Notes: generated from the sequence alone by a model not told the origin. A stretch of DNA of 64,000 nucleotides from Octopus bimaculoides (GCF_001194135.2 NC_068984.1:40092852-40156851), one strand, 5' to 3'. Positions 27,033-40,225 are shown, counted from the first letter of the stretch. Translations and numbers: made by a program.

Positions 27033-28353
27033 TATGAAACCATTTGTTTTAAATTAGGTTTTGTAGTATTTTGTAATCTGGAGATTCTGATGGTTTTTAG
27101 GAGAGGTTTTCAGACTTAATCCTAATATTTGTCTAATAAAGGTTTATTTAAATTTATTTGAAATGTAGGGATGGTTTAGTTTCCCTTCCTGAAGATAAGT
27201 TATGTTTCATTCTCAATTGTGGCAAACAATGCTCAGTTATCAACATGCTGTTGTAGGATGTGGTCAAGTTTGTTGTTGGTGGGAAGTAGATAAGTAGCAA
27301 GCATTTCAAGGTCCTTAAGAAATGGAAACCTTAATTCAGGAAGTGAAATGGAAATTACTATAAGTAATATTTCAATAAAAGTAAATGTTTTAATGTAAAG
27401 TAACTAATATTGTTGTGCTTTACTTTTTCTCTGTTTAGTTTACACTCTAAATATTACTGAACTCTAAAGGCGGCGAGCCTGCAGAATCGTTAGCATGCTG
27501 GGCAAAATACTTAGTGGCATTTCATCCATCTTTACATTCTGACTTAACCCCTTTCCCAAACCTGTTGGCCTTATGCCAAAATGTGAAACCAGTGTTACTG
27601 AATTCTGATTGCTGTGGAATTTTTCATTATTGTTGTCATTATTACCACCATCATTACCTATGTTAAGCAAATCCCTTTATTCTCCCTCTATAATGAAATA
27701 TTTTTACTTTTCTAAAAAATTCAGTAAAGCGCTAAAGATTAAATTTTGTTAGTCTCTCCATTTATTTTTTTATTCCTCTCTCTTCATCTCATACATGTAC
27801 ACATCATATTGTAATCTAAAATGCTGTGTTGAAATATTCATGTTCTTTCCCAAAGACAAGGAAATGTTGATCAATCAAGTTAATTGGAAATAAACTTCTC
27901 ACTTGTTTTATTTTTAATGTGCATTCTTCTATTATTAATCTATTAGTTCCAATTTCAAATTTACTGTAACCTTAAAAGAGTGTCAAATAAAGTTACACAG
28001 AATATTATTTCCTTTCAATCTTTTATAATCTACCAACAACTGTCTTCATCACAAAGTGAAGGTTGGAGAGCAGTGTAGTTAATTTGTTGCCAGCCTTAAG
28101 ATTTCAGTTAAGTTTCTGATCTGCGAAGGCAGAACAAATAGAAATCATATATCTATATATGAAACTCTTTGTCTTACTATCAGTGTTCTCCTTGATATAA
28201 ATAGTTGTATAACATCTATAGATTTAAGTGATGTTTGGCAGGCCATATGATTGTTATTAAGAAAGATGGGTGGCATTCTCTGTTTAAAGTTTTATGTTCA
28301 AATAGGAACTTCCGAAAAACAGAAAGTAGCAAAATACAGAAAATGAGAAGGTA

Positions 28354-28428
28354 TGGGTGGTGGTGGTGGTGGTGGTGGGGAGAGAGAGAGAGAGAGAGAG
28401 GGAGGGGGGAGAGGGGGGAGAGAGAGAG

Positions 28429-28464
<36 letters not shown>
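28354..28464. repeat. (TGG)n + (GA)n purine-rich microsatellite
   Basis: Directly visible. Confidence 0.95.
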
Positions 28465-30089
28465 GATATGTGGTTAAATACTGGATTGGCTTGGTGAATT
28501 GTGTATTAAACTAGCAGTTCATAGATCTTCAGTTCCAATCCATACTGTTTCATTGTGTCGTTCAGCTTTATGTCTTATTTTCTTTCTCTACTTTGTTGTT
28601 GTTTAGCCCTAGGTCAGCTCTGATCAAGCAGATGCCTGATCAAAAGTGCCCCAGAGAATGAACATGCTGTCTTTTTTTGTGTATAAAGGAAACATTGTTC
28701 AATCTATTCTTCCATTTTTCTAAAATAACTGGATGTGATAGAAAGAGTTTTGGCTATTATTTTCTCAATAACTTTACCCATTTTTCTGCCATCAATACGA
28801 TTATTCCACTTACACTGTTACTTATCTAGAAGAATTTATACCTGTGTTCTTTGCTCACGAGTAACCTGACGGAGATTCCCTTCCATTTTAACTCTTGTAT
28901 ATAGTTGCATCTACTTAGTTCCATTCTAGTAGCCCTACATTTTATTATACATTGTGGCAGTCTTAACGTTTTGCATCTGGCTGGAGTGAGAGAATTTCTA
29001 GTAGTTGCAATGATTGACTAGTTGTTTGGTGTCTAACTACGCCTGGAATGCAGAGAATTAGTGGCAATGCTTGATGCCAGTTGAGAGGTATCCACATCAA
29101 GTTTTTTATAGCTGTATGCTTGTCCTTAATACCAACCACTTGATAGAGTGTACTGGGTGCTTTTTTTTTCACGGAACCAACACTAGCAAAGCCATCAAGT
29201 AATCTGCAAGGCAAGACTATGATGATGTTGGTACAGAATTGAAGGATGTGGTTTTGTGCCAGGTATTGTGAGGTGACTAAAATATGATGGGGGGATAGGG
29301 ACAGATGTCTTACTGCAGAGGAGATACATGGCTACCCCAGCAGGAAAGGGAGTAAGTGTGATGGAAATGAGGTGTCAGGGTATACTTCCAAGGTACAAGA
29401 AGGTGAATAAAGAGGGAATAGGGATTAAGAATTGAGGACGACTGACTGGGTAGGTAGGTTTGTGAAAGTATGAAAGTGGAGTCACAGACAGTAGAGACAA
29501 GGATAGATGTGAATGCAGTGAATGATGAACATAGATGGAGGCATGGTCAGTGATGAACCTCAGCTTGAAGAAATGTAAGGAAAATAGGTGTGGCTCAAGG
29601 AGGAGGCAGTGTTACATAAAGGTAGGTTGGAGAATAACAATATAATAAAATAGTAGACAGATGAGCAATAGGGGGAAGAGGCAAAGTGTGGTGGGGAAAG
29701 AAGAGACACAGTGCCAGAAATGGAGATCAGAGCTACAGAGGGTAGATATAGTGAATTATAAGTGAGGTGGTATTGATGTCAGACATGAAAGTGTGCTCAG
29801 GAGAAAGGGGGAATTTATTGTAAATATATTAGCAAGGGATGGTGCTGTGAGTGCATGATGAGTAGCAACAGAAATGATTCCAAGAAGAATTACTTGTAGC
29901 ACAGAAGGGGGCAAGTAAAATATGTGCATCTGTATCCTCAGACAACCACAGCAGCAGAGGAAACAATGCTGTAGTTAGAATGATGAAGGAGAGATTAGTG
30001 TTACAAAGTTGAGCTGCTGGGAAGGCTTGACAAGTACATATTGGATGTGGGAGCAAAGACATTAAAAATATACTTTTAGGACCTCATTT

Positions 30090-31430
30090 TTGCTGAGATA
30101 GATGGCTCTTCTTGAGACAGGTGAATCACCATTCATCTTGGTCCTTTGTTATCTTGATGAGAATTAACAACCCGAGGTCGGTCTTCACAACTTCATTCCT
30201 CATCTTCCTTGGTCTCTTTCTTCCATGAGTTCCATCCACATGTAGCAATTGATATTTCTTTATGCAGCTGTCCCTGCATGTCACACAACCATACCAGTCT
30301 TCTTTCTTGCAAATTACATCTGATGCCTGTTAAGCCAAATATTTCTCTCATGGCATTTGCACTTTGTTGTACATGATACTGAAATTGCACCTCCAGCAGA
30401 GTATGCTAGCTTCATTTTTTTTTTCAGTCTTCTTTTGCCCTCTGCATTCACAGCCTACATTTTATTATCAAGAAGCATTGCTGTTCATATACAGGCATCA
30501 TACAATCTGTCTTTCACTTTGAGAGAAATTCTTTTTATTACTAACAGAGTTAATAGTTCTCTGAACTTTCTCCTGCTGGTTTGTATTCTAGCAACTATAC
30601 TTTAATAAACATTCTCCTCTACTGTTAATTAGGTCACATAGGTAACAGAAACTGTCTATTAGCTCTAAAGTACCTCCTGGGCATTCAAGGAAATCTATTC
30701 CCCATGCATTTTTAGTGTCTATCACTCCTGTGATCTGTCACAAACAAAATCTACTTTCTCTGCTAAAATTCCTGAGGTTTCACTACACCACTTATATGTC
30801 TGTAGTTTGTACTGGATATACTGTGTGGAATTGCTGTCTATACCTTTTCTACACACTGAATATGGCCATTTTCTTAAAGGGAATAGCATACTGTTTTCCT
30901 GCTTACTGAGACATCAGTCTTTTCTAAGTTAACTTTAAGACCCTTTGATTCCAGGAATTTCTTTGACACCTGGAATTTGTTTTCTAATTCTACTAAAGAT
31001 TCAGTAATAATAACAAGGTCATTAGCATAGGTTAGTTTCCACAAGACACTAGTCTTAAGCTCCTCTCTTATGACCTGGAGGACAATGATAAATTGGAGGG
31101 GAATGGGAGCTGAGCTCTAGTGAACTCCTACCTGCACAGTACTTGTATATGGTTTGGATGGCTCTCATCATCCATTCATCTACTCTTAGCTTCTGCAACA
31201 ATCTCCATATTAGAGAGCAAGGGTACTTGTTTTCTCCAACTCAACAAAGCCAAGTAGAGTGGTTTAATTTTGGCTAAATCTTTTAGAGTTGCATTGCTAA
31301 GAATAGAGCATCAAATTTAATTCTCTTCCTAATTAGTTGGTACATTTGTTGTTCTATTTTCCCCTCGGTAGATTGATTCTTGTAGGCAAAACATGGGCAT
31401 AGAAGAATTCTAAATGAATGCAGTTATAAA
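30090..31430 (-). mobile_element. Degraded RTE LINE: RT core, PHD-like cysteine cluster and C-terminal domain
   Basis: KIKPLYLAL..., FIIVLQVIREELKTSVLWKLTYANDLVIITES...KGLKVNLEKT, KWPYSVCRKG..., GIRCNLQERRLVW. Confidence 0.75.
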
Positions 31431-32736
31431 GATACAAGATGTGGTAAAGTATTTAGTGCTCATTTTGAAGATGATACTCTGTAGGCAAAGTGCTTAGGAG
31501 AAAAGGTAGGTGTTTTGTGTGGCATGTAGCCTTTTAGTTCAGAAGAGCAAGAGCCATTGTAGAGAAGGTACAAGAAAATAAAGTAAGGTTATTGTTTATC
31601 TCGAGGCTATCCTTGTTTGAGTAGGCCTATGATTAAAAGCATTCTAACTATGATCATCCTGTCTTGGCCATATTTAGCTCAAATATTTGACCAGTTTTAT
31701 CTTCAAAACAACTAGATCCGGCCTCTTACACCTACCTGACAATGTCACTCTGAAAATATATGATTACATCATTGAAACCTCAAAGCTATGAGATTATGCA
31801 TTATTAATTCAAAAGAATGTGAATAAATAAGCATTATATTTGATAGTGATTTGAGTGCTAAGGGGTTAATGTAGTCTTTTCTAAGCTGGTGTGGCATGAT
31901 TTGAGGAAAATTTGACTGCTATTTCTATCGTGTTGAGCAATAAGGTAGATGCTCTCTCACTGGCTTGAACAAGTAGGATGTAGTGTATTAGTGGGCTGGT
32001 TGTTATCTTGTACTGATGAGTGAAAGTTGTTTTATCATTTTTTTCTATTTTTATCTTGTTTAGAATCTCTTTTCTATAGCAGTGACACCATCCTTGATAT
32101 GTGACCTGTACTTTAGTGTGTTTTAAACTTTTGTCTTATATAGAATTAGATGTTGCTTGGAGTCGACATCTTTTCTGTTCATGAAGAGAAAGTTTGGCCT
32201 CTGGAGTGCAGGTTTGGCTATGTTATATGGTTGCAGTGATAGAATTGAAGTGTAGCAATTGTTGAAACTGCAGATTTGAATTAGCTGTCAGTTTACACAG
32301 CATTTTAATTCTAAGTTCATAAGTTTTCCTAATTAATTACTTATATTGAATCTGGAAGTGTGCTTCTACTTTGCCGCTGTATTGTTGTTGTTTAGCTATA
32401 TGTCAGTCTTGGTGGAATAAACCTATGATGTAAGCCACAACCATCCTGTCTTTTCAAATATTGTTCAATACAGACTACATTATCCAGTAGTTCCTTTCAT
32501 TTTTAAAAGATGGACGAGCATAATTTGAGAGGTTTAATGACTGTTTTTTTGAAGGTTGAGTAATCACATAAAAGCTCTTTCATCCGGTAATTCGTTAGAT
32601 TAAAGCCCCACATGACTGCAATTTAAATTTAAAATTTCAATAAAGGAAAATGTTTGACTTCAATTTTTTTGATACTGTAATCTGTCATTTTTACTAGTTT
32701 ATATAATGGTTTTACTGAAAGTAATGCATTAGTGGG

Positions 32737-32926
32737 CTCTCTCTTTACTTGTTTCAGTCATTTGACTGCGGCCATGCTGGAGCACCGCCTTTAGTCAAGC
32801 AAATCGACTCCAGGACTTATTCTTTGTAAGCCTAGTACTTATTCTATCGGTCTCTTCTGCTGAACCGCTAAGTTACGGGGGACGTAAATACACCAGCATC
32901 GGTTGTCAAGCAATGTTGGGGGTGGG

Positions 32927-32971
<45 letters not shown>

Positions 32972-33124
32972 TACATATACATATATACGACAGGCTTCTT
33001 TCAGTTTCCGTCTACCAAATCCACTCAAGGCTTTGGTCAGCCCGAGGCTATAGTAGAAGACACTTGCCCAAGGTGCCATGTGGTTGGTAAGCAAGCTACT
33101 TACCACACAGCCACTCCTACGCCT
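32737..33124 (-). mobile_element. tRNA-derived SINE, family B, with part of the head (B-box region) deleted
   Basis: Aligns to the 46126-46539 copy except for a ~25-nt deletion at ggtgccat|gtggttgg. Confidence 0.85.
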
Positions 33125-33534
33125 ATAAGTTTTTTATTAACTGACATATACCATTCAAGTTTCACAGAGTAACCCTTCTTCTGTACAGAGGTACTATTCA
33201 ATAGATTCCATCACAGGTGATACATTTATGTCATCATTGAATTTAACTCCTATCTGCTTTAGAAATATTCAGGTGTGGACTGTTGTGTCTATTTCTTCAT
33301 AGTTACTTTCACCTCATCTGTTTCCTCAAATTGTCCTCCAGTGGACTGAACAGGTGGAAGTCAGAGGACATCAGAACCAGGTTGTAAGAAGGATGGAGGA
33401 CCATTGACCAGCCCAGTTTACTGATTGCCTGATTTGTTGCTAAAGATGTGTGGTTGCACATTGTCATGTTGATTGTTTTAGATTCTTGTTTGGTTTTTTA
33501 ATCCTAATGGCTTCTCTAGCTTTGTGAGTGTCTC

Positions 33535-34211
33535 AGTATACCGTTCACAGTTCACGATACAGTTATGTTCCAGAAGATCAAAAAGAATGATGCCCCACAA
33601 AACAGTCACAAAACAGTCACGATAACTTTCTGTGTTGATTACTGGTTCTTGAACTTCTTAGATCTTGAAAAAGCGGTATGATGTCATTCCATGAACTGAG
33701 CCTACATTTCTAGATCATAAACATACAAACATATTTCATCTCTTGTCACTGAATCTGGAAAAAAGTGTCATTATTGGCTTCAAATGATTCCAGCCAATCA
33801 GAGCAGATTTCCATTCTTCCCTCCTTCAAATCAGGTGTCAGCTGCCAAGGTACCCTCTTTACACACATTTTTCTACACACAAAATCTTCCACCATCTTCT
33901 GTAATGCATTGTGATCACAGTCCAGTTGTGTAGCAAGCTCACTGATTGTGATTGATCTGCCTTTGCAGATCACTTTACCCAATCACTGGCAATACATGTC
34001 AGTGATTGCAGTTAATGGTTTCTCACTTGAATGTCTTGTCTTCAATGCTGGTTTCCTCTTATTTAAGCGTCTTCATCCATCTGCGCACATTGCTCTTGAC
34101 AATGGTGTCAGCCATGTCAACAACCTGTAACCTCCTGTGGATGCCAGACAGCCTGTATCTCTCTTTTGTCAAGAACTCAGTGATGACTTGTTGCTTTTGC
34201 TTAGGAACCAT
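33535..34211 (-). mobile_element. mariner transposase pseudogene, N-terminal two-thirds
   Basis: MVPKQKQQVITEFLTKE...IHRRLQ...NVRRWMK...; RSITISELA...RKMCVKRVPWQLTPDLKEGRMEIC...; VTRDEI (degenerate VTGDETW). Confidence 0.8.
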
Positions 34212-34880
34212 TATTTGTCTGTAATGAAGAACAAGAAGAGTTACTATAGAGAAGTTACTCTATCAGCATTTGCAATTTGAATGACCTTTGCCAATTAATA
34301 CAAAAGTTATGCCCATTTTTGCATTATATTTGGTACAACCACCATATATATAAACAGGTGAAGGTTGGCAACAGGAAGGGTATCCACCTATATAAAATTT
34401 GCCTCCATAAACTTTATCCAACCCATGTAAGCATGGAGAAGTAGACATTAAATGATGGTGATACGTATGAAGTTGTCAAAAAGATCCTCTTGAATGTTAC
34501 TAATTCTTGAGAATAGTGTGAAATTGATAATTACAAATTCTTAAATAATTCTCTTTGCTATTAAGTAACAAAAATAGGTTCCACATCCACTTTGTGATAT
34601 CTGGTTAGTTACAGTAGGGTTAAAATAATTGCTTTAACAAAACAAAAAAGAATTCTATCAGATAATGCATATAAAACAGCAAAATATAAAGAAAATCTGT
34701 ATAAATTAAAATTGTGAACAGCAGCTTTTAATATGACCACAATAACACAAAAGCAAAATTTATCTAATTGAGCTTGAGCCAAAAATGGAAAAACCAGAAC
34801 TACTTTTCTAAACTTTGAAATATGTTTTGACTAAAGCTAGTTTATATATAATATTGTCCTTTCTTTTTTATCTCTTTCAG

Positions 34881-34952
34881 TTCTTGAATTTGAGTTAAGA
34901 AAAGCTCATGAAACTATTAAAGGACTTCGTGCAACTCTTACAAAAGGTGCAA
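34881..34952 (+). CDS. RELCH: RELCH exon, phase 1-1: VLEFELRKAHETIKGLRATLTKGA (alternative donor at 34946)
   Basis: tctctttcag acceptor; matches human VLEFELRKAKETIQALRANLTKAA. Two in-phase GT donors lie 6 nt apart. Confidence 0.9.
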
Positions 34953-35714
34953 GTGAACATTTACTAGTTAACATTTTTTTCAGTTACTTCTCAGCAAGTT
35001 TGAAGAATATATCAGAATGAATCATACATGACAAACCTATATTAACTTTATAAAAGTTAATATAGGTTTAAAGAAATTTATAAAGCTTTTAATTTGAAAT
35101 ATATTTAAAGCAGAATAATTGCATTATTTTTGGTTGTCGAAAGAATTAATTTGATTCAAGATGTATTGAGGATTTGTAAATGTAGTAGAATAAAGTAATT
35201 CAATAAGGTGTTTCAAGAATATGAATAAAAATGGAGATGGATAGTAACATCTTTGTGATTAAAAATTGTGGTTTTGGGTTTGATCCCACTGTGTGGCACC
35301 TTCAGTGAATTTCAGCTATCAAAGCCTTGGATTGTCCAAAGCTTTGTGAGTGAAATTTGGTAGCGGGAAGGTGTACAGAAGCTTGTTGAAAGTAATTTGT
35401 CACCCAGTTTAAAACCACACCTTGTCCTCTCAGATGCTTGTAGTGGAATCCACTGTGTTGCAAGCATTTGAATAGGTCTCTGATCTGAGTATAACTTACT
35501 CTGTTTCTGTCAATTGTATAAGCCCTAAAAAAGGGTGCAAGCACTGCCCTTTCTCCTTTGGGTGAGCAATTTAAAAACAAAAAGAATGTTTAATTTAACT
35601 GGACTGTTTTGTTATTTCTCTTTAAAAGTGTTTTAGTTACATGTTGATTAAACTGTTTAGTTTGTATTTTATTTTTCATTTAGTACTGTGAACGTTGTTT
35701 AATTTTTCCCACAG

Positions 35715-35887
35715 AAACTGAACTTGCCTCTCCAGAACAAGGCCGAGAAGGTTTGATCCCAGGAGGTAAAGAAGAAATTATTAAACTTTTGGAAAAGAAA
35801 GCACTTAACTTTTTAGTTAATGAATATCTGTTGCTCAGTAACTACAAACTCACATCTGTCACATTTTCTGAAGAAAATGGAGATCAG
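35715..35887 (+). CDS. RELCH: RELCH exon with LisH motif: TELASPEQGREGLIPGGKEEIIKLLEKKALNFLVNEYLLLSNYKLTSVTFSEENGDQ
   Basis: tttcccacag acceptor, CAG|gtaata donor; phase 1-0; matches human LEKRALNFLVNEFLLKNNYKLTSITFSDENDDQ. Confidence 0.95.
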
Positions 35888-38557
35888 GTAATAACATTAA
35901 TTTATATGAAAAGTTCAATTTTTATTACTTATTGAAAAATACTATACTTTTAATATTTCATTCAACCTTAACTTCCCTTTATACTCATTATCTTCTCTTA
36001 ACTTTGATTATTATAAGGTTTAGCTATTGAGAGACAAATCTTGAGAGACAATATTTTGAAATAGTTGTAATTTTCACAGTTAGTGCTACTTGGTTAATAT
36101 GTGAAGGATTAAAGTTAAGTGGACTTGGTTATCTCTATTTGTACACATGAATTAACTTTGGTTTCCATTGAGTGGAAGGTTGGTAGAATCATTAGAACAT
36201 TTGAAAAAAATAATCTACTGTGTTTTTATCTATATTTTTTTACATGCTGAGTTTAAATCCTGCTGAGGTCCACTTTGTGTTTCATTCTTTCAGGGTTGAT
36301 AGAAAAAAGTACCAGTCAAATGCTGGGGGTTGGTGGTATTGACTAACCTCTCCCTTCAAAATTGTTGGCTTTGTGTTTAAATGAGAAATAATTATCATAA
36401 AAAAAGATTCTGAATGACATAAACAAAAATAACATCAACTAAAACAATGGCATAAATTTAAACAACATTAACAGAAATTCTAACAATATTTCTTTGCTAG
36501 CATTATAAGCCAAACTTAGGTTGAGTCTAGTCATAAAAAGAAGTATGACAGTGGTGTGCTACAACAAAGTGTGCTTCTTTTTCTGAGAATTCTCTAAGAG
36601 TGGACAAGGTGGAAGGTGATATACCTCTGCTTTGTGAAGGATGGTGGAGATTTTCACTTGCTCTCTGCTAATAGAACCCTAGGTGATATATGACGTAACA
36701 TATACTCCATTCATAGGGATAGAGCATTTGTAAGTGGCTTGGTCTTTAAAACTGAAGACTAAGCATGAAAGCAGACAGAGATGGTTCATTACACATCTAC
36801 TCTTAACACTGGTGCCTCAGTTCATGGCACAATGCAATATGAGGTTTATATTGGTTCTTGGCATATTGTCTCTTTTGCAGCATTGTGCAGGAAGGTGGTG
36901 AGCACCAAGGTGATACAGATTGACACATGGGTGGGAGAAGTCTGCTTAGACAGATAAATCCTGATCATCCACAAAGATCATGGAACAGTTCCAGATCTGC
37001 ATCCCATTGTAGGTGTTGATAGAAAAACAAGATTGGTAGGTCAGCGCTGAAAGGTCAGCTACTATATACATAGCAGTAAGAGCCATTTGAGGGTGTTCTG
37101 CCCACAGGAGCTTGAAAGGTAGAGAAAGTGAGCAACAACTGTGGCAGCAACAACAACATTAGATCACAGAAACTTTTGTTTTTGGAATGCCACCAGTGGC
37201 AGCCCTGAGGAGATCAAAATAAACCACCTTACGTTCAGTACCAGAAGATGACAATCAGAGATCCTCTACCAAGATCACAGTCCAGAGTACTATCCCATCC
37301 TTGCAAGATAAGGATTTGATGAAGTGGTAAACTGTCAAAGACAGTGAGGAGGAAATAAGATAAAGATCTGCCTTAAAAAAAGAAAGTGAAGTGGAAGAGA
37401 TGTGGAGCCTGTCTCTTTTTTTTTTTTTTGNNNNNNNNNNGGGGGGGGGGGAGGCAGAGTATAAATTTCACAATCTTTTGAATAGTTAACAAAGAACTGA
37501 TGAGCAATTTGAAAGAGCTGTTGGCAAAAATGAAAGATAATGTGCCAATTGAAGTTTCAACTATGTAGAACATGTAAGCAATAGACTGCTAATGAGAACC
37601 AAATTGAGTCTGTGAACAGTTGCACCTTAGCTACCAAGAGGATGTGGGCCCTTATTCACTATGACATCTGGGTTGCTCATGGACACATTGAAAGTTTTGT
37701 GTATATGGATATAGAGTACATGGCTGCTGAAAGTGGTCAAAGTCATGAGCTGCTTGATCAAACCCAGGTAGCAACTTCTCACTTGTCTGTGCATGGGTGG
37801 GTTACCATTGTTTTTCTTTAAATTCATTCATTCATATTTACATAATCTATTTCTGTATTATTATCTTATAATATATATGAATAGATTTTATAACATATTT
37901 TATCTCACCTCTTGTTTTTATATAACTTTTTACATCTTCACTTGTCTTCATAATCACTTTTTCTGACACATTGTTTGTATGATTAGGCTCCTATAGAATT
38001 CTTGAGAGGACTTTAGCATACAAATCACTGTTTTGTTTAGCTAAATTGCTGCAAAAAACTTTATCTGTCATGGAAACTGTTATTAACTGATAATTATGTC
38101 ATTAAATTTGAACCAACTTCTTTGAAAATTCCTGTGACATCTGGTTGCTCACAGGCTTTCTTTACATTTAAATGTAATGCTCATTTATTCACATTGTTTT
38201 GATGTGATTGTTCATTTTCATTTTTACAATGACATTGTAGGATAGGTGTGAGAGGCTAGACATGGCTGGATATGATAGGTTTAAATGCAAAAGGGTTAAC
38301 AGTTATTCATTTGTCAGATAACCATCTATTTTTTTGACAAATTTAAAAAAATTCTAAATATTAAATGATTATTAATTAAAACATCTGCTTCAGAAATAGT
38401 ACTTGTTTCTTGAAAATTATTGTACATTTTATATTTGTTTATTTTGCTTGTTACATTAATAATCCCTGTGATTATTGAACTCAATAAGTATAGAACTAGC
38501 AAAAAATATTCACAGAGTATGTATATGTCTATATACACATATATTTTTCATTTGTAG

Positions 38558-38746
38558 GATTTTGAAGATTGGGATGATGTTGGGCTCAATATACCAAAAC
38601 CTCCAAGCTTGTTATATCTGTTCCGAGATTATGGCACTCATGCATTTCCCTCTATAGAAACTTATGATGTTGGTTGTTATGTCAATTTAGAAAATGAACA
38701 TTTAATTGATTTACAAACAAAATGGAAATGTAAAAAAGACAATTTA
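38558..38746 (+). CDS. RELCH: RELCH exon, 189 nt: DFEDWDDVGLNIPKPPSLLYLFRDYG...KKDNL
   Basis: tttgtag acceptor, TTA|gtaagt donor; matches human DFELWDDVGLNIPKPPDLLQLYRDFG. Confidence 0.95.
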
Positions 38747-38856
38747 GTAAGTACTATAAATGAAATTCTCTCATTAAGTATTTCAATGTTTATTGAATTT
38801 AAAAAAAAAAAAAAATTTTCTTTTTTTGTACTAAACTTTTATTAAATTTTCTTCAG

Positions 38857-38939
38857 GAGAGTAAAATTTTTCAATTGGAAAATGAAATTATTGAAATTAA
38901 CAAACAGAAAGATGAATTGATTTTGCAGCTTAATGAATG
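38857..38939 (+). CDS. RELCH: RELCH coiled-coil exon, 83 nt: ESKIFQLENEIIEINKQKDELILQLNE
   Basis: ttttcttcag acceptor after a 110-nt intron, TG|gtgagc donor; phase 0-2; heptad-like pattern at the position of the human coiled coil. Confidence 0.85.
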
Positions 38940-39382
38940 GTGAGCAATTACATATTTTTAATTTCATTTGTTGATTTGTATTTAAAAACTGAATTTGAGA
39001 AGTAAGATTGGGATAGGATTGTGGGTTTAATGTTTTCTGTGGAAAAGTTAAAACTAGGAACTAGAAGATAACAGTTCAGAGTTAGTATAAGGTATATTTG
39101 ACTAACATTATAAATAAAAAAAAAATTGGGGCTACTGATGGTTAACAAATGTTATTAAAGGATGATTAATAGTTAATGTTCTTTGGAACATTAGACATTG
39201 CATTCATTATTTTTAATACATTTTGAGAACATTCAGAAATACATAGCCTTGTTTAGCTAGAACACTACTGCTGTGAAAGAACTGGATTATTGCTGATTAA
39301 TGAAGAGTATAACAAGATTGGTCATTTTTAGAAATAATACATTTCTAAATCTCTCGGAGAGATTTATGCAGTAGTGATACGA

Positions 39383-39760
39383 TGAAATAGTTGTATACTG
39401 TCAGCTTAATGTGACAATCCCATGAAGGGAATAATACTACTGTTGTTTAGACTTAGGAAGCTACACCACTTCCTGTTGGCCTTGACACATTTCCTGTGTC
39501 CTTATGTTTACAAGGGGGAGACAAGCACCTTCACCCAACTAAGCCTGCTCATCAGACTGAGGACGAGCAAAAACTCAGAAACATGTCTCTGGATGCAGAC
39601 TTAGTTGGGTGGAGGTGCTTGTCTCTCCCTTGTAAACATAAGGACACAGGAAATGTGTCAAGGCCGACAGGAAGCGGTGTAGCTTCCTAGGTCTAAACAA
39701 CAGTAGTATTATTCCCTTCATGGGACTGTCACATTAAGTTGACAGCATACAACTACTTCA
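39383..39760. repeat. Fold-back inverted repeat: 166-bp arms (39383-39548 / 39595-39760), 46-bp spacer
   Basis: Arms are reverse complements, with 10 differences counted by eye and no indels. Confidence 0.95.
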
Positions 39761-40193
39761 AGATTGGTCATGTTATTAGTGAATAATACAAGATAGATAA
39801 ATTTATTTGGTTTATTTGAAAAATAATCTGAATATCTCTATATAATAAAAGTTTAGATCTTTTAATCACCATCCTTTAATGTCCATTTTCCATGCTAACA
39901 AGATGTTTGTACTCAAGAAGACCCTGTACTCCACAGCAGAAGTGTTAAGGCCACTCCTTGCAAGAGTCCTGAGCTGGTGCCATGTAAAAAGCACTTGTGC
40001 TGGTGGCAAGTAAAAAGCACTTGTGCTGGTGCCATGTAAAAGTACCCAACACACTCTGTAAAGTGGTTGGTGTGAGGAAGGGCATCCGGCTGTAGAAACC
40101 ATACCAAGTTAGACTGGAGCCTGGTGCAGCTCTCCAGCTTGCCAGCTCTGGTCAAACCAGCTAACCGATGCCAGCATGGATAATGGATGTTAA

Positions 40194-40225
<32 letters not shown>

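Noticed and set aside
36520-37350. Higher-GC stretch possibly from a Tx1/L1-type LINE endonuclease region on the minus strand
   Set aside because: Too degraded for me to read diagnostic motifs; needs tblastx (the same applies to 29200-30050 and 50300-51140).
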